Assembly (NCBI RefSeq): GCF_963921235.1
Contig: NC_086097.1
Location: 242,484,001 to 242,548,000 of the forward strand
DNA: 64,000 nucleotides
Reading direction: 5' to 3'
DNA from: Mobula hypostoma
Lineage: Eukaryota
Under the pieces are notes generated by a model. That model was not told the origin of the DNA and did no database searches. It saw only the letters and a program-made list of their open reading frames with translations. The position numbers and the translations under genes are program-made. Below are positions 50,692-63,599 of the stretch, piece by piece (position 1 is the stretch's first letter; every line of letters starts with the position of its first letter).

Positions 50692-51097
50692 CTCCGTGAG
50701 GACCACAACCTTGTCATTGGGTTTGGAGGCTTGTGTGCCTCAAAGAGGCAGAGAGCTATGTGGGCTGGAGTCAGGGGTTTATTGCTTTGACTCTTGGTAG
50801 GGTCACCCATGCCAAACAGGTCAAAAGGTAGAGGCCAGACCAAGAGTGGCCCACCGGTCCTCCAGGTTCGGGGGTTCAGCTCAGGGCAAACAACCCTGAC
50901 TGGTCAAACAGAATTGTTATAGAAACAGCAATCTGAGTGTGACGGTATTCCTGAGTCTCCAGCCAGGACGTGCACAACTGACAGTAAACCGAGGAAGCTA
51001 CTGACACGGTGAAGGAGCCGTGAACGCCACCAGAGATGGAGGACCCTCATTGCTGCCCTAAACGCCAGCGGCGTAACGGGCAAAAGAAGCAGCAGCT
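50692..51097 (+). mobile_element. RTE-like bipartite non-autonomous element (copy 2)
   Basis: Homologous to 28195-28508. Contains GGTCCTCCAGGTTCGGGGGTTCAGCTCAGGGC..CAACCCTG and the 3' segment AGATGGAGGACCCTCATTGCTGCCCTAAACGCC. Confidence 0.65.
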
Positions 51098-51308
51098 TGT
51101 GATGGTGATGGAATTTGCAGCTCCTCAGGTGTACCATTGAGACAAATGGAATCTGAATTTACAGGAAAGGTTAAGGTATGCTAGAATTGGAAGGCATGGC
51201 TGAAGTGAGAAGTGACTTGGTAGAAATGTACAAGATCATTACGCATCGATTGTGTGGATAACCAGACACACCTTCTCAGGATGGAAGTGGCAAATACCAG
51301 CGGGCATA

Positions 51309-51611
51309 GTAAGGCATCCGTTAGTCTTGCGAGACCATGGATCTGCGCCTGGAAAGTCTTCATTCTCCAGGGTGCAGGCCTGGGCAAGGTTGTATGGAAG
51401 ACCAGCAGTTGCCCATGTTGCAAGTCTCCCCTCTCCACGACACCAATGTTGTCCAAGGGAAGGGCATTAGGACCCATACAGCTTGGCACCAGTGTCGTCG
51501 CAGAGCAATGTGTGATTAATACCTTGCTCAAGGACACAACACGTTGCCTCGGCTGGGGCTCGAACTCACGACCTTCAGGTCGCTAGTCCAATACCACTTG
51601 GCCACGTGCCC
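51309..51611 (-). mobile_element. tRNA-derived SINE with CORE-like central domain
   Basis: Minus strand: A box TGGCCAAGTGG, B box AGTTCGAGCCC, then TGTGTCCTTGAGCAAGG. 13-bp TSD ACCAGCGGGCATA / ACTAGTGGGCATA, inside a CR1 remnant. Confidence 0.8.
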
Positions 51612-51769
51612 ACTAGTGGGCATAAGTATTAGGTAAGTAAAAAGTGGGGATATTAAAGGAAGGATTTTTATTTTTTTTAAAAAACAGAGTGGTGGGTGTG
51701 TGGAATGTGCTGCAGGGGGTGGTGGTAGAGGCGGATACATTCGGGATAGTTAAGAGACTTTTATTTATT

Positions 51770-52023
51770 TTTGTTTATTTATTAAGATACAGTGCAGGAT
51801 AGGCACTTCCAGTCCTTTGAGCCGTGACGCCCAGCGATTTACAATGACCAATAAACCTATCAACTGGCACGTCTGTGGACCTCAGGAGGAAACCGGAGCA
51901 CCCGGAGGAAACCCCCGCGGTCACAGGGAGAACGTACAAGCTCCTTAAAGGCAGCAGCGGGAATTGAACCCTGGTCACTGGTACTGTAAAGTGTTGCATT
52001 AATCACTATGCTATTGTGCCACC
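51770..52023 (-). mobile_element. tRNA-derived V-SINE (HE1-like)
   Basis: Minus strand: TAGCATAGTGA (A box), GGTTCAATTCC (B box), GGTTTCCTCCGGGTGCTCCGGTTTCCTCC (V-domain). Related fragments at ~43060-43200 and ~45715-45825. Confidence 0.8.
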
Positions 52024-52689
52024 CTCTTAGAGAGGCACATAGATGACAGACAGATTGAGGGCATTGCAGGAAGGAAGAGTTAGATTGATCTTAGAGAAGG
52101 TTAAAAGGTTGGCACAACTTTATGGGCTGAAGAGCTTGCAGTGTGACAGTAGACAATAGGTGCAGGAGTAGGCCATTCCGCCCTTCGAGCCAGCACCGCC
52201 AGCTGAAAATGTTTGATGTTCCAAAGGGCTTATCTGAATTCAGTGGTTTGCCAACAAGTATTTTTTTTTAAACTGTGTAGAATGCAAAAAGATGGTGGTC
52301 AGAGTGAGAGTTAAATGGAGAATAAAGATGACAGGCAAACAGAAATGGAGCATCACTCTTACATCTTGGTCACTCTCTTTGCATTCGGTTACAGTCCAAA
52401 GCAGGCCACACTGTCAACTCTGGATGCAGAATCAAATAAGTTACTGGAAGGTGCATTTGATTCTCCAGAAAGTGGGACAGAGGTGAAATGGTAGAAACTG
52501 CAGTGCCCAAAAGCAAAACATCGCAGATGTTGGAAATCTGAGATAAAGATATATACTGGAAACATTCGACAGGTTGGGCAGCATTCACGGACAGGGTGAA
52601 GGACACGATGGGAAGTGGTGCAGCATAAAGCGACTATTCCACACTGTGTCTCAATAAACAAACAGATAAATAAATAATATGGAATACAC

Positions 52690-53585
52690 TGTCAGGTAGT
52701 GTATGGCCCTGCACTTTGACAGAAGGAGTAAAGGTGTAGCCTATTTTTTAAACGGGAAGGAAATTTTAAAAAATCTGAGGTGCAAAGGGACTTGGGAGTC
52801 CTCGTGAAAGATTCCCTAAAGGTTAATTTGGAAGTTGAATCAGTGGTGAGGAAGGCAAACATAACGTTAGTATTCATTTTGAGAGGACTCGAATATTAAA
52901 GCAAGGGCGTAATGCGGAGGGTGTCTAGGCACTGGTGAGGCCTCACTTGGAGTATTGTGATCAACAGAAAGGGTGTGGAGAGGGTTCAGAGGAGGTTCAT
53001 GGGAATGATTCCGGGAATGAAAGGGTTATGAGCAGTGATTGAAGGCTCTGGGCCTGTCCTCGCTGGAATTTAGAAGAATGAGGTGGTTGGGGGGTGGGGA
53101 GGGAAATCTCATTGAAACCAATTGAATGTTGAAGGGCCTAGATAGAGGAGATGTGAAGGGGGTGACGAAGGGTCTCGGCCTGAAACGTCGACTGCACCTC
53201 TTCCTAGAGATGCTGCCTGGCCTGCTGTGTTCACCAGCAACTTTTATGTGTGTTGCTTGAATTTCCAGCATCTGCAGAATTCCTGTTGGGATGCTTTCTT
53301 TGCTGGGGGGGTCAGTACCAGAGCGTAAAGCCTGAAAGTAGAAGGATGCCTATTTAGAACCGAGATGAGGAGGAATTTCTTAAGCCAGAGGGCGGCAGCT
53401 CTGTGGAATTGCCAAAAGCGGCTACAGAGCCCAGGACACTGGGTGCCTTTAAGGCAGAGGTTGATAGATTCTTGATTAGTTAGGGAGTGAAAGATTATGG
53501 GGGAGAAGGCAAGAGAATGGAGTTAGGAGGGAAATGGATCAGCCATAATTTAAAAAATCCCTATTCTGCTCCTTTGTCTTATGGC
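52690..53585 (+). mobile_element. Old CR1 3' fragment carrying a Penelope-tail insertion (53163-53288)
   Basis: CR1 motifs GTGAGGCCTCACTTGGAGTATTG and TTTAGAAGAATGAGG. The insert begins TGACGAAGGGTCTCGGCCTGAAACGTCGACTG. Confidence 0.8.
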
Positions 53586-53723
53586 ATGGCAACATTTGTA
53601 GACAGCCCCCAGCACAATCATTGCTGACACGATTTGACTGTATGTTTCAATGTACACGTGATAAAGTTAATTTTTAAATTTTAATCTTTGTTAACATCTT
53701 AGAAGGAAAGTGTATTTTATACA

Positions 53724-56700
53724 CGTAACACCCCGGGAAAGGTTTCACTGCTAATGTAATGGCCTTTTTGTAGAAGCACTGCTAATTTAATGTTTTTTCT
53801 GTAGCAGCAGTGTTTGGGTTATGGCTAGAGATAGTGGGGGCTTTGGAATGTGCACCGTCCAATGAAAGGAGTGTTTTTTTTCTTGTTGCGTGCCTGAGAC
53901 TTAGGTGATCTGCGTCTTTTGTTTGGCGGAAGATGAAGAGAAAAGATGCCAGAGAGGTTGTAGACACTGGAAAGGAGTACACTTGGAGTGGGGCCGGGAG
54001 TCGACGAAGCCCAGGGAAATCGATGGAGGACCCTCGGAAGGGAAACCGTGAGCTCCAACTTGTGCACGTTAGAGTGTCTCATCTTTTTGTTTTGCTTTAC
54101 TAACCTTTTGGTCAAATTAAGAATTATAAAGCTATATCGTTTAATTGCATATGCTGTACTGTCTGTTGTTCGTGGTACTGATTTGTAACAGGGTGACACA
54201 TCACACAACATCCACACAAACAGGAGGCTTCGCACCTCAGTCTCATACATTTGGTGGGACCAGAGACTGTCTTCACTAAACTTAGCCAACAGAACCTGAG
54301 AGTTACAACTGTGGGAGTATCGTTCAGGATGTGATTGCCCTGAGCATTGAACCAGTGGGTTGTGTGTTTCATTCTGTGCTAAACTATTGTCCGGCAAAGC
54401 GACTACGATACGTGGGTATGGAAGCTGCCAGGGTTGAGTGTGGTGTGCATCCAAGGGGCTACCGGTAACGAATGCGTGCGTGTTGAGTACTGTTAAAGCT
54501 GTAGGCAAAGTTACAATTGTGGGCTGGAGGTTTGATAAAATGGCGGGCACAGACTTTGCTTTAGTTCAGACTAGCGCTGACGTAACTGCAGTGAAATGTG
54601 GCAAACATACAGGGGGTATTTGCTTGGGGTTCTGCATAGGTACGTTCCAATGAGACAGGGAAAGGATGGTAGGGTACAGGAACAAAGGCTGTTGTAAATC
54701 TAGTCAAGAAGAAAAGAAAAGCTTACGAAAGTTTCAAAAAACTAGGTAATGATAGACATCTAGAAGATTATAAGGCTAGCATAAAGCAGTTTAAGAATGA
54801 AATTAGGAGAGCCAGAAGGGGCCATGAGAAGGCCTTGGCAGACAGAGTTAAGGAAAACCCCAAGGCGTTCTACAAGTAAGTGAAGAGCAAGAGGATAAGA
54901 CATGAGAGAATAGGATTAATTAAGTGTGACAGTGGAAAAGTGTGTATGCAACCAGAGGAGATAGCAGAGGTACTTAATGAATACTTTGCTTCAGTATTCA
55001 CTACGGAAAAGGATGTTGGTGATTGTAGGGATGACTTGCAGTGGACTGAAAGGCTTGAGCATGTAGATATTAAGGAAGAGGATGTGCTGGAGCTTATGGA
55101 AAGCATCAAATTGGACGGGATGTACCCCAGGATATTGTGGGAAGTGAGGGAAGAGATTGCTGAGCCTCTGGTGATGATCTTTGCATCATCAATGAGGATG
55201 GGAGAGGTCCCGGAGGGTTGCGGATGTTGTTCCCTTATTCAAGAAAGGGAGTGGGAATAGCCCAGGAAATTATAGGCCAGTGAGTCTTACTTCAGTTGTT
55301 GGTAAGTTGATGGAGATGATCCTGAGAGGCAGGATTTATGAACATTTGGAGAGGCATAATATGATTAGGAATAGTCAGCATGGCTTTCTCAAAGGCAGGT
55401 CGTGCCTTAGGAGCCTGATTGAATTTTTTGAGGATGTGACTAAACACATTGATGAAGTCAGAGCCATAGATGATGTGTATATGGATTTCAGCAAGGCATT
55501 TGACAAGGTACCCCATGCAAGGCTTACTGAGAAAGTAAGGAGGCATGGGATCCAAGGGGATATTGCTTTGTGGATCCAGAACTGACTTGCCCACAGAAGG
55601 CAAAGAGTGGTTGTAGATGGGTCATATTCTGCATGGAGGTCAGTCACCAGTGGTGTGCCTCAGGGATCTGTTCTGGGACCCTTACTCTTCATGATTTTTA
55701 TAAATGACCTGGATGAGGAAGTGGAGGGATGGGTTAGCAAATTTGCTGATGGCACAAAGGTTGGGGGTGTTGTGGATAGTGTGGAGGGTTGTCAGAATTT
55801 ACAGCAGGACATTGATAGGATGCAAAACTGGGCTTGGAAGCGGCAGATGGCGTTCAACCCCAATAAGTGTGAGGGGGTTCATTTTGGTAGGTCAAATATG
55901 ATGGCAGAATATAGCATTAATGGTAAGATTCTTGGTAGTGCAGAGGATCAGAGAGATCTTGGGGTCTGAGTCCATAGGACACTCAAAGTTGCTGCTCAGG
56001 TTGACACTGTGGTTAAGAAAGCATACGGTGTATTGGCCTTCATCAATCATGGGATTGAGTTTAAGAGCCAAGAGTTAATGTTGCAGCTATAAAGGACCCT
56101 GGTCAGACCCCAACTGGAGTACTGTGCTCAATTCTGGTTGCCTCACTACAGGAAGGACGTGGAAACCATAGAAAGGGTGCAGAGGAGAATTACAAGGATG
56201 TTGCCTGGATTGGAGAGCATGCCTTATGAGAATAGGTTGAGTGAACTTGGCCTTTTTTCCTTGGAGCGACGGAGGATGAGAGGTGACCTGATAGAGGTGT
56301 ATAAGATAATGAGAGGCATTGGTCGTGTGGATAGTCAGAGGCTTTTCCCCAAGGCTGAAATGGCTAGCATGAGAGGGCATAGTTTTAAGGTGCTTGGAAG
56401 TAGGTACAGAGAAGAAGTCAGGGGTAAGTTTTTTTTTTATGCAGAGTGGTGAGTGCGTGGAATGGGCTACCAGCATCGGTGGTGGAGACGGAAATGATGG
56501 GGTCTTTTCAGAGTCTCCTGGATAGGTACATGGAGCTTAGAAAAATAGAGGGCTTTGGGTAAGCTTCGGTGGTTCTAAGGTAAGGACATGTTTGACACAG
56601 CTTTGTGGGCCGAAGGGCCTGTATTGTGCTTTATGTTTTCTATGTTTTTATTCTCCATTCACCTGTTGTTTCGAGCTGCTTTTCAGGAAGTGCATGGCTT

Positions 56701-59644
56701 TATTGGGCTGGATAATGAGTTTAGACGAGGGACTGTGTGGTTCACCTAGTCCAAGCCAATTGTGTTACGGCCAGGGAAGAAGCGAGAGTGATGGGAAACC
56801 CCAAATTTCCTGGAATGCTTGAGGTCAAGTCCCTCTTGGTGGATGCCTGGGAAGACCACGAAGAGGAGTTGGGTGTGCCTGCTCGGGTACTGGTGTGGCC
56901 CCAACTGCAAAAGCCCTTGGTTGTACAGACGAACAGGATGGCAGTGATATTGTCAGGGACACTACAAAGATGGAGGTCACTTTCAATTGGGGGATGCCCT
57001 GGTGCAGCATTTCCTGGTGACGGTAATGTCTAATGACCCTGCAAGACAAGCTGGGGAGAAACTATCTGAAAAAGGGGGAAAGACGACCGCTGAGTTATTC
57101 GATTTTGGAGACTCCCTGGTACCTGTGGGTTGGAAGGGGAGGCTGGTAGAGAAGATGTTGAAGCTGGAAGGTGTCTTTTCCACTGATAAGTTTGTTGTGG
57201 GTTGCTCCAAGAGCACTCGCCACACTATCTGGGCGACTGAGGACATACTGTTCCGTGTCTGGCCCCTGCAGAGGTGGAAGACGTTTGACAGCATTTGTGC
57301 AAGTTGAAGGAAGCTGAGATCATCACTGAGTCCAGAAGCACCTATGCGTCCCCTGTGGTAATGGCCAGGAAGAAGAATGGGAAGGTACGGATGTGTGTGG
57401 ACTATAGGACTCTGAACAGGCGTACCGTCTCTGACCAGTATATGGTCCCAGGGATTAAAGACATGCTGGCCTGTCTGAGTGGTGCGAAGAGGTTCAGTGT
57501 GCTGGACTTGAGGAGTGGATATTACCAGATCTCCATGAGAGAGGCTGACAAAGAGAAGGTGGCATTTATATGTCCAATAGGATAATTCCAGTTTGAAAGG
57601 ATGCCTCAGGGCATATCGGGAGCCCCTGCAACCTTCCAGCGTGTCATGGAGAAAATGGTGGGGGACATGAACTTGCTTGAGGGATTAGTGTTATCTGGAT
57701 GACCTCACGTTGGGTCCACGTTGGAGGAACATGAAGTGAGGCTGCTGAAACTGCTGGGCTGCCTGAAAGCTTAAGGGTTAAAACTCTCCCTGGACAACTG
57801 CCAGTTCTGCGAGCTGTCTGTCGGCTATGTTGGGCATATAGTCTAATGGGATGGAGTAGCTACAGATCTGTCTAAGATAGAGGCAATGACCATATGGCCG
57901 AGGCTCCAGACTGTGAGCGCTCTGTGCTCATTCCTTGGGTTCTGTGGTTATTTTTGGAGATTCGTGAAGGGCTACGTGAAAGTGAGTTACCCTTTAAATC
58001 TGCTTCTGTGTGGTTACCCTCCCTTGAGGATGAAAGGGAGGATGAAAGGAGGGGAGGGTAAAGAGCACCTTAGCCCTTCGGAGCCTTTTGGACCAAGGTG
58101 GGATGCGAAATGTGAGGAGGCCTTTTAGTTGCTGAAGGAGATGCTGACCCACGTACCTATGCTTACTTTTGCAGACCCCCGATTGCTGTATGTATTGTAT
58201 GCGGATACCAGCAAGAGAGGACTTAGGAGGTGTCCTCTATCAGGATCAGGGCACTAGGTTGAGACCTGTTGTGTTTGTCAGCTGGAGTTTGTCGCCCTCT
58301 GAGAAAAACTATTCCATGCACAAGTTGGAGTTTTTGGTGTTTAAATGGGCTGTGGTGGATAAGTTGAACGACTACCTCTATGGTGTCAAGTTTGAGGTGA
58401 GGACAGGCAAAAATCCCCTTATATCCTGACCTTGGTGAAATACTCGCCACCTATGACTTCAGCCTGAAGCACTGGCCTAGAAGCAGGAACGTTGATGCTG
58501 ATGCTCTGCCCTGACGGGCGCGTGAAGGGCTGGACATGCACGAAGAGTGGGAGAGCATTCCTAACCCTGGGAGTGAAAGCCACGTGCCACTTTGCCATCA
58601 CGGTGAAGGCAGAGGGAAGGCAAGGGCAGGATCGAGCGGTAGATCAATTGGGAGCTTCTGATGACACCACTCCACAAGTTTACTGTAACCTGACTGCTCT
58701 GAAGACAATCCATTTACAGGAATTGAGTCCTGGGGAAGTGGCAGCTGCTCAGCGAGTTGACCCGGGCATTGGTACCATTTGGTCAGTGGTCGAAAGGGAG
58801 ACATGGCCCAAGCGGAGAAGACGAAACACACTGCAGTGCCTCCATTACTGAGAGAATGGCCCAGATTGGAATTGAGGAACCAGATCCTATACCTGGTTAC
58901 GTCACCTCCAGATCATCCTCAGCGTTCCCAGCTGATTCTGCCTGAGAAGTATTGAAGGATTGTGTTGAAGTCACTTCATGATGATTCTGGACATTTGGGG
59001 GTTGAAAAGACCTATGGATTGCTCAGAGATCGGTTTTACTGGCCCCGAATAAAACCAGAGGTCGAAGAATACTGCAAGTCATGCATTCGATGCATATGAA
59101 GGAAGACACTGCCTACGAGGGCAGCTCTGTTGTCCCACTTACAGAGTGAGGGGCCCCTTGACTTGATGTGTAGTGATTTCCTGGCAATAGAGCCAGATGC
59201 CAGCAACATGGCAAATGTCTTAGTCATCACAGATGTGCGCCAGGTATGCGCAAGCTTTCCCTACCAAGGATCAGAAGGTGTCCATGGTGACCAAGGTGTT
59301 ATGGGAGAACTATTTCATTTATTATGGCCTCCCTAGGTGGATGCATAGTGATCAGGGATGGGACAGGCTCATACATGAGTTACTGAGCATGCTCAGAGTC
59401 AAGAAGTTGAGGACCACACCCTATCATCTGCGGGGTGATCCCCAGCCCGAGTGGTTTAATCAGACCTTGCTAGACATGCTCGGAACCTTGGAAATCAGCA
59501 AGAACAAGAAGTGGATTTGTAACAGGACGACACATCATGCAGTATCCACCCAAACAGGAGGTTTTGCACCTCAATCTCACACATTTGGTGGGGCCAGAGA
59601 TAAGCCTTCCCTAGCCTTCCACAGCCGACAAGCTGAGTGTTACA
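53724..59644 (+). mobile_element. Decayed Gypsy/Ty3 LTR retrotransposon
   Basis: 5' LTR at 53724-54307 and a 3' LTR remnant at 59515-59644 (homologous to 54181-54307). Degenerate tRNA-Pro-like PBS TGGGAGTATCGTTCAGGAT. RT: YASPVVMARKKNGKVRMCVDYRTLN, LDLRSGYYQI, MPQG. RNase H: KNYSMHKLEFL. Integrase: HDDSGHLG..C..C, HSDQG, TTPYH. Domain order RT-RH-IN. Many stops and frameshifts. Confidence 0.93.
54592..56650 (+). mobile_element. CR1 LINE fragment inserted in the Gypsy gag-pol region
   Basis: ORF pieces 54880-56452 contain [25 protein letters not shown] and RRRMRGDLIEVYKI. Confidence 0.92.
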
Positions 59645-59949
59645 CACACAAGACCAAGGAGGATAATAAACTCAAGTGTGGCCCTATCACAAAAGATTTC
59701 TAAGATGATAAATAAGAAGATGCACCAATCTTTTTAAAAATGTTGGCCTTCTCAGTTCCACTTTACAAAACTTGCTGAGTCTTGTGGTACGTGCAAGTTT
59801 TGACACAACTATGTAAATATAGAAGACTCAAATTTATTGGCTGAGATTGTAGTTTCTGAGGAATTTACCTGAGATTTAGTAAGTATTTCAGTAAAAATCT
59901 GCTTTGACACTAAAGGTGCTGAAAGTCCAAGGAAGAAACACATTAGTTA

Positions 59950-60297
59950 CGTTTGTTCGTTATGGGCTGTGTCGAATGACATGGGCGATCACAGTCTTTC
60001 CATGACAATGTTTGTTCTTGGCAAATTTTTCTACAGAAGTGGTTTGCCATTGCCTTCTTCTGGGCAGAGTCTTTACAAGATGGGTGACCTCAGCCATTAT
60101 CAATACTCTTCAAACATTATCTGCCCGCTGTCACTGGTTGCATAACTAGGACTTGTGATATGCACCGGCTGCTCACATGACTCTGACTGGGGGACTAAGC
60201 TGATGATACACCTTGCCCAAGGGTGGCCTGCAGGCTAGTGGAGGGAAGGAGCGCCTTGCCTCACTTTTAGTAGAGACATATCTCCAACCCACCACCC
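59950..60297 (-). mobile_element. Non-autonomous retroposon with Bov-A-like 3' segment (copy 3)
   Basis: Reverse complement of the 43455-43805 family, with an (AACG)-like tail at ~59950. Confidence 0.7.
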
Positions 60298-60479
60298 AAT
60301 AATCAAATCTGTAGACTGTCGTTAGTTACAGTGCACAGATTCGATTATAGATGAACTACACACTGTAAAGGTAGTAGGCAATTACTCAAGTCAAATATGA
60401 AGTTCTCCTAAGGGGTTGTCTATTCCTGAGTCCTCAGATGGCTGTAGAGGCCTCTGTAAAGGTAATAAGTACAAGATGA

Positions 60480-60542
60480 AACTCTTAACAACAAACAAGA
60501 AAATTAAAATGGAAGTCAGAGTATTATCAAATATCATTTATT
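60480..60542 (-). terminator. Candidate distal polyadenylation signal with U/GU-rich downstream element
   Basis: TTTATT on + at 60537-60542 (AATAAA on -), followed on the minus strand by ATTTTAATTTTCTTGTTTGTTGTT (~60510-60487). Confidence 0.55.
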
Positions 60543-63500
60543 TTTAACAAAAAATCTTACAAAATTTCAATTTATCTTCTAAGTTTTGTAATTATTTATG
60601 TCTATAAAATGAACCAACATAATACTAATTACAGAGCTGGAAACATAGGGCATGATGGGGTTTAAGGGGTAATGGAATATTTCAAGTGTGGTGCAAACTT
60701 ATTATCAATAGGAAAAATTAATAAAACAAAGTAAAATGCAGCTCTAGAGCCTGTACCCTCGAGACTGTAAAGAAAACTCCCCAGGAATGTCAGTAAAACA
60801 TCTAATAATTATTCCAGTGCTCCTAAAGCAAAAAAGGCATGTTAGGGAAGATGAATTAAATATACAACATTCAGATTCTCCCTAATGCAACCATTTCTGC
60901 CTCCAGGTAAGACTTGAAAAGATGGCAGTATTGGACCAAAGGTTTACAAAAGCTTTTTGCCTGGCCTGTATTTCAAAGATCTTTCACATAACCGGAGTGC
61001 CTCCAGAGAGGTACAGTTTCAGCTTTCTGTGCGCATTCTTTAATGCTTCATGTTCAAACCTGAACCTTAGTCTGCATTTCACTAAGCTAAATGCAATCAT
61101 TTAAAAGAAAAATCCACGGCCCACCATCTGAACTTAAAACGTAGCTCTTCCCCAATGACTGTGGGGAAGCCATGTATCCGTTCAGATTTTAAATAGTACT
61201 TTAAAGGTGGGGTGCATATAAAAACAAATCCCATGGCACTCATTTTCCCTCACTCAAAAGCTACTAAAGCAGATTATCTTTTCATTAACAGAAAGCTGTA
61301 TTTGAAAGCCAGCAGTGTGCAAATGGATTACATTTTAAAAGTACTTCAAAAGCACTGTAGGACATCCTTAAAGTGATGAAAAAAAACCCCTATATAAACA
61401 AGTATTTTGCTGTAATTGAATATTTTTGAGGAACTATTTATTCCAAGCTGAACAACAGGTATTCTGATCAATATTCACTTCTTGAAACCAGTAGTGTAAC
61501 TAAGATATTTAAAGTTAAGTTTTGAGTAATTTAGACTACAGCTTTTAAATAAAAATTAGGTTTCAGCACTATTTTTAAAACAAAATTATTTATTTTCTGG
61601 AATTTCTTGAATGGTATATTATTTTATACCATCACTCATGCAATTGAACAGAATGTTTAAATTTAAAAGTTTGATCATCAAAAAGGTAACAAGTACATCG
61701 ATCCTGGGGCTCAACATCTAAAGCTGCTTTCTTTATACTTTAATAATCCAATTTAACGGATCAAGCAACTTTACCCTCTGCTGTTTACAAATTTTATTAT
61801 TGCAGTAACCCCTTTAGCTAGCACCTCGCTTCTATATCAGTCCCAAACATGTAACAAAAATAACATGGTTAATTCGAAACCTATAACATGGATTGTGAAG
61901 AGAAGACTGCAGGCTGCAGAGGCTCTAGAGTGGCAGCAGTTCAGCCGGTGAACTTGTTTCACTAGAACCACTGTGACATTACAGCAGAGTACACTGGTAC
62001 ATTTAGATGAAAGAAATGGCAGTAAGTGTGCAAATGCTCAAGGTACAAAAACAAAACACTAACAGAAGCAGCAGAAATGTAGTGATCCATTCTACGATAT
62101 GTTCAATGGTACAAACACATTTTGCAAATTGCTCTAAAAGGTACAATTAAATTAACAAAAGCATCTGCACATCAAATGGACAAGTCTTTGGTGATACTAT
62201 CTATACAAAGGCTATCTTTGATGGAGCTACAGTGTTATGCAAGCTAATCAAAATATATGGCTTTGTATTCTTTCCACTCACTTGTAGGTTTAATCCCATT
62301 AATTGTGTGTAATCATGTCATTCCAACCAGTTGGGAATTCTTTTTAATATATAAAGCAATGATACACTACGAAAAACATTGGAAATATGTTAGAAAACCT
62401 CAGAAATGTACATCTTATACAAAATAATTTGTTTTGCTTTACAGTTATCCATCTACTTATTCCCACATTGCTTTGTCAGTTTGGAACCATACACTATACA
62501 CAATTGTCAAAATAAATATACAAGATTACGTACATTATAACAAGGCCCATTTTCACACCCTTAATTATGAAGTGACAATGTTGATTGGAGATTCAGCACA
62601 CAAGATGAACTGGGGTTTCTATTGAAAATAAGTGAATTACATATAAAAAACTAGGTTGAACCATTATTAACCAAAATAAAGTGATTAAAAGGCCACACGC
62701 TCAACACTCCTTCAAGTCTTCAGACATTCAAGTACCTGTGAGCAAAGGCTAACATAGCCTTGCCATTTTAAAAAATAGAACTTTATATAGAAACAAGGGG
62801 TTACCCCTTGTCTGAGCACCATACGTGCCAATCGCTTTAAAACACGCAAAGCCAATGTTTTAATTCCATAGGTCAGCCCACTGACCTTGTAAAAGCCATA
62901 CAGCAGGTCACCTGTAAGGCATGTTAACATGCAGGCAATCAGCAATCTGTATTTTGTGTGGCAGACCACCCTGAACTGCTGAGGACGCTGCTCCCTCCTA
63001 CACAGTAACGGTTATCCTGTAGTGGACAGTGTATTATGCATATTTTTTATTTTGAAATAAATTCTTTTGCATGCTAATAGTTAACATGGCAGTTATTATT
63101 GGTGAAACTGAATTACATGCTCTTTTGTCATGAATGCCCTGATGCCAATTCCTATACAAGCCTGATGGCCAGCCATTCCAAACACTGTTCACTTTTCCTA
63201 ATACATACTTGGCTTAAGTGGTATTTAGTCGGCCTTCAGTTGTGTCCAGGCCAAAATTTAAGACACTCTATTCTGAACAATTGAATAGTGTTTCACTTTG
63301 TTCTTCACAGTGCTAATGAGTAATCAATCTTCATTCGAAGTTCATGGTTCTTTTGATATTCCTTGTGACAGGATATCGATCCAGTCTCTCAGATTGATAA
63401 AGTGATAAACACAAGGTTAAATTCTAACTGTCACACTGATCATAGTCAATAAGCCGATTCCAGCTGTTTGCGAGCCTGAAGAATACGTCGGGTACATCGA

Positions 63501-63599
63501 AGGCTAACAGCCAAGAGTTACCTTGTGCAGATTGCTACCTGTTGAGCTGAAGATGGCTTTATTCACAACACAGTCCAACAATCAACGGCTTTGTGCTTC
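60520..63599 (-). other. EXT1: Probable EXT1 3' UTR (~3.1 kb)
   Basis: AT-rich sequence with no recognisable repeats, contiguous with the stop codon and ending near a minus-strand AATAAA. The repeat field begins just beyond, at ~60300. Confidence 0.7.

Noticed and set aside
51540..51611. tRNA gene
   Set aside because: A and B boxes are present, but the sequence continues into a SINE body with a TSD and no full cloverleaf is evident.
60198..60240. Hammerhead-like CTGATGA in the retroposon copy
   Set aside because: There is no stem II or GAAA box. The paralogous copy at ~23128 reads CTGGTGCTACA, so it is a chance mutation.
60922..63284. Short ORFs in the EXT1 3' region
   Set aside because: They are 60-85 aa, mostly with non-ATG starts and no recognisable motifs, consistent with chance ORFs.
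63591..63598. miR-218 8-mer site (AAGCACAA) in the EXT1 3' UTR
   Set aside because: It begins just after the stop codon, within the zone where sites are usually ineffective, and I have no conservation data.
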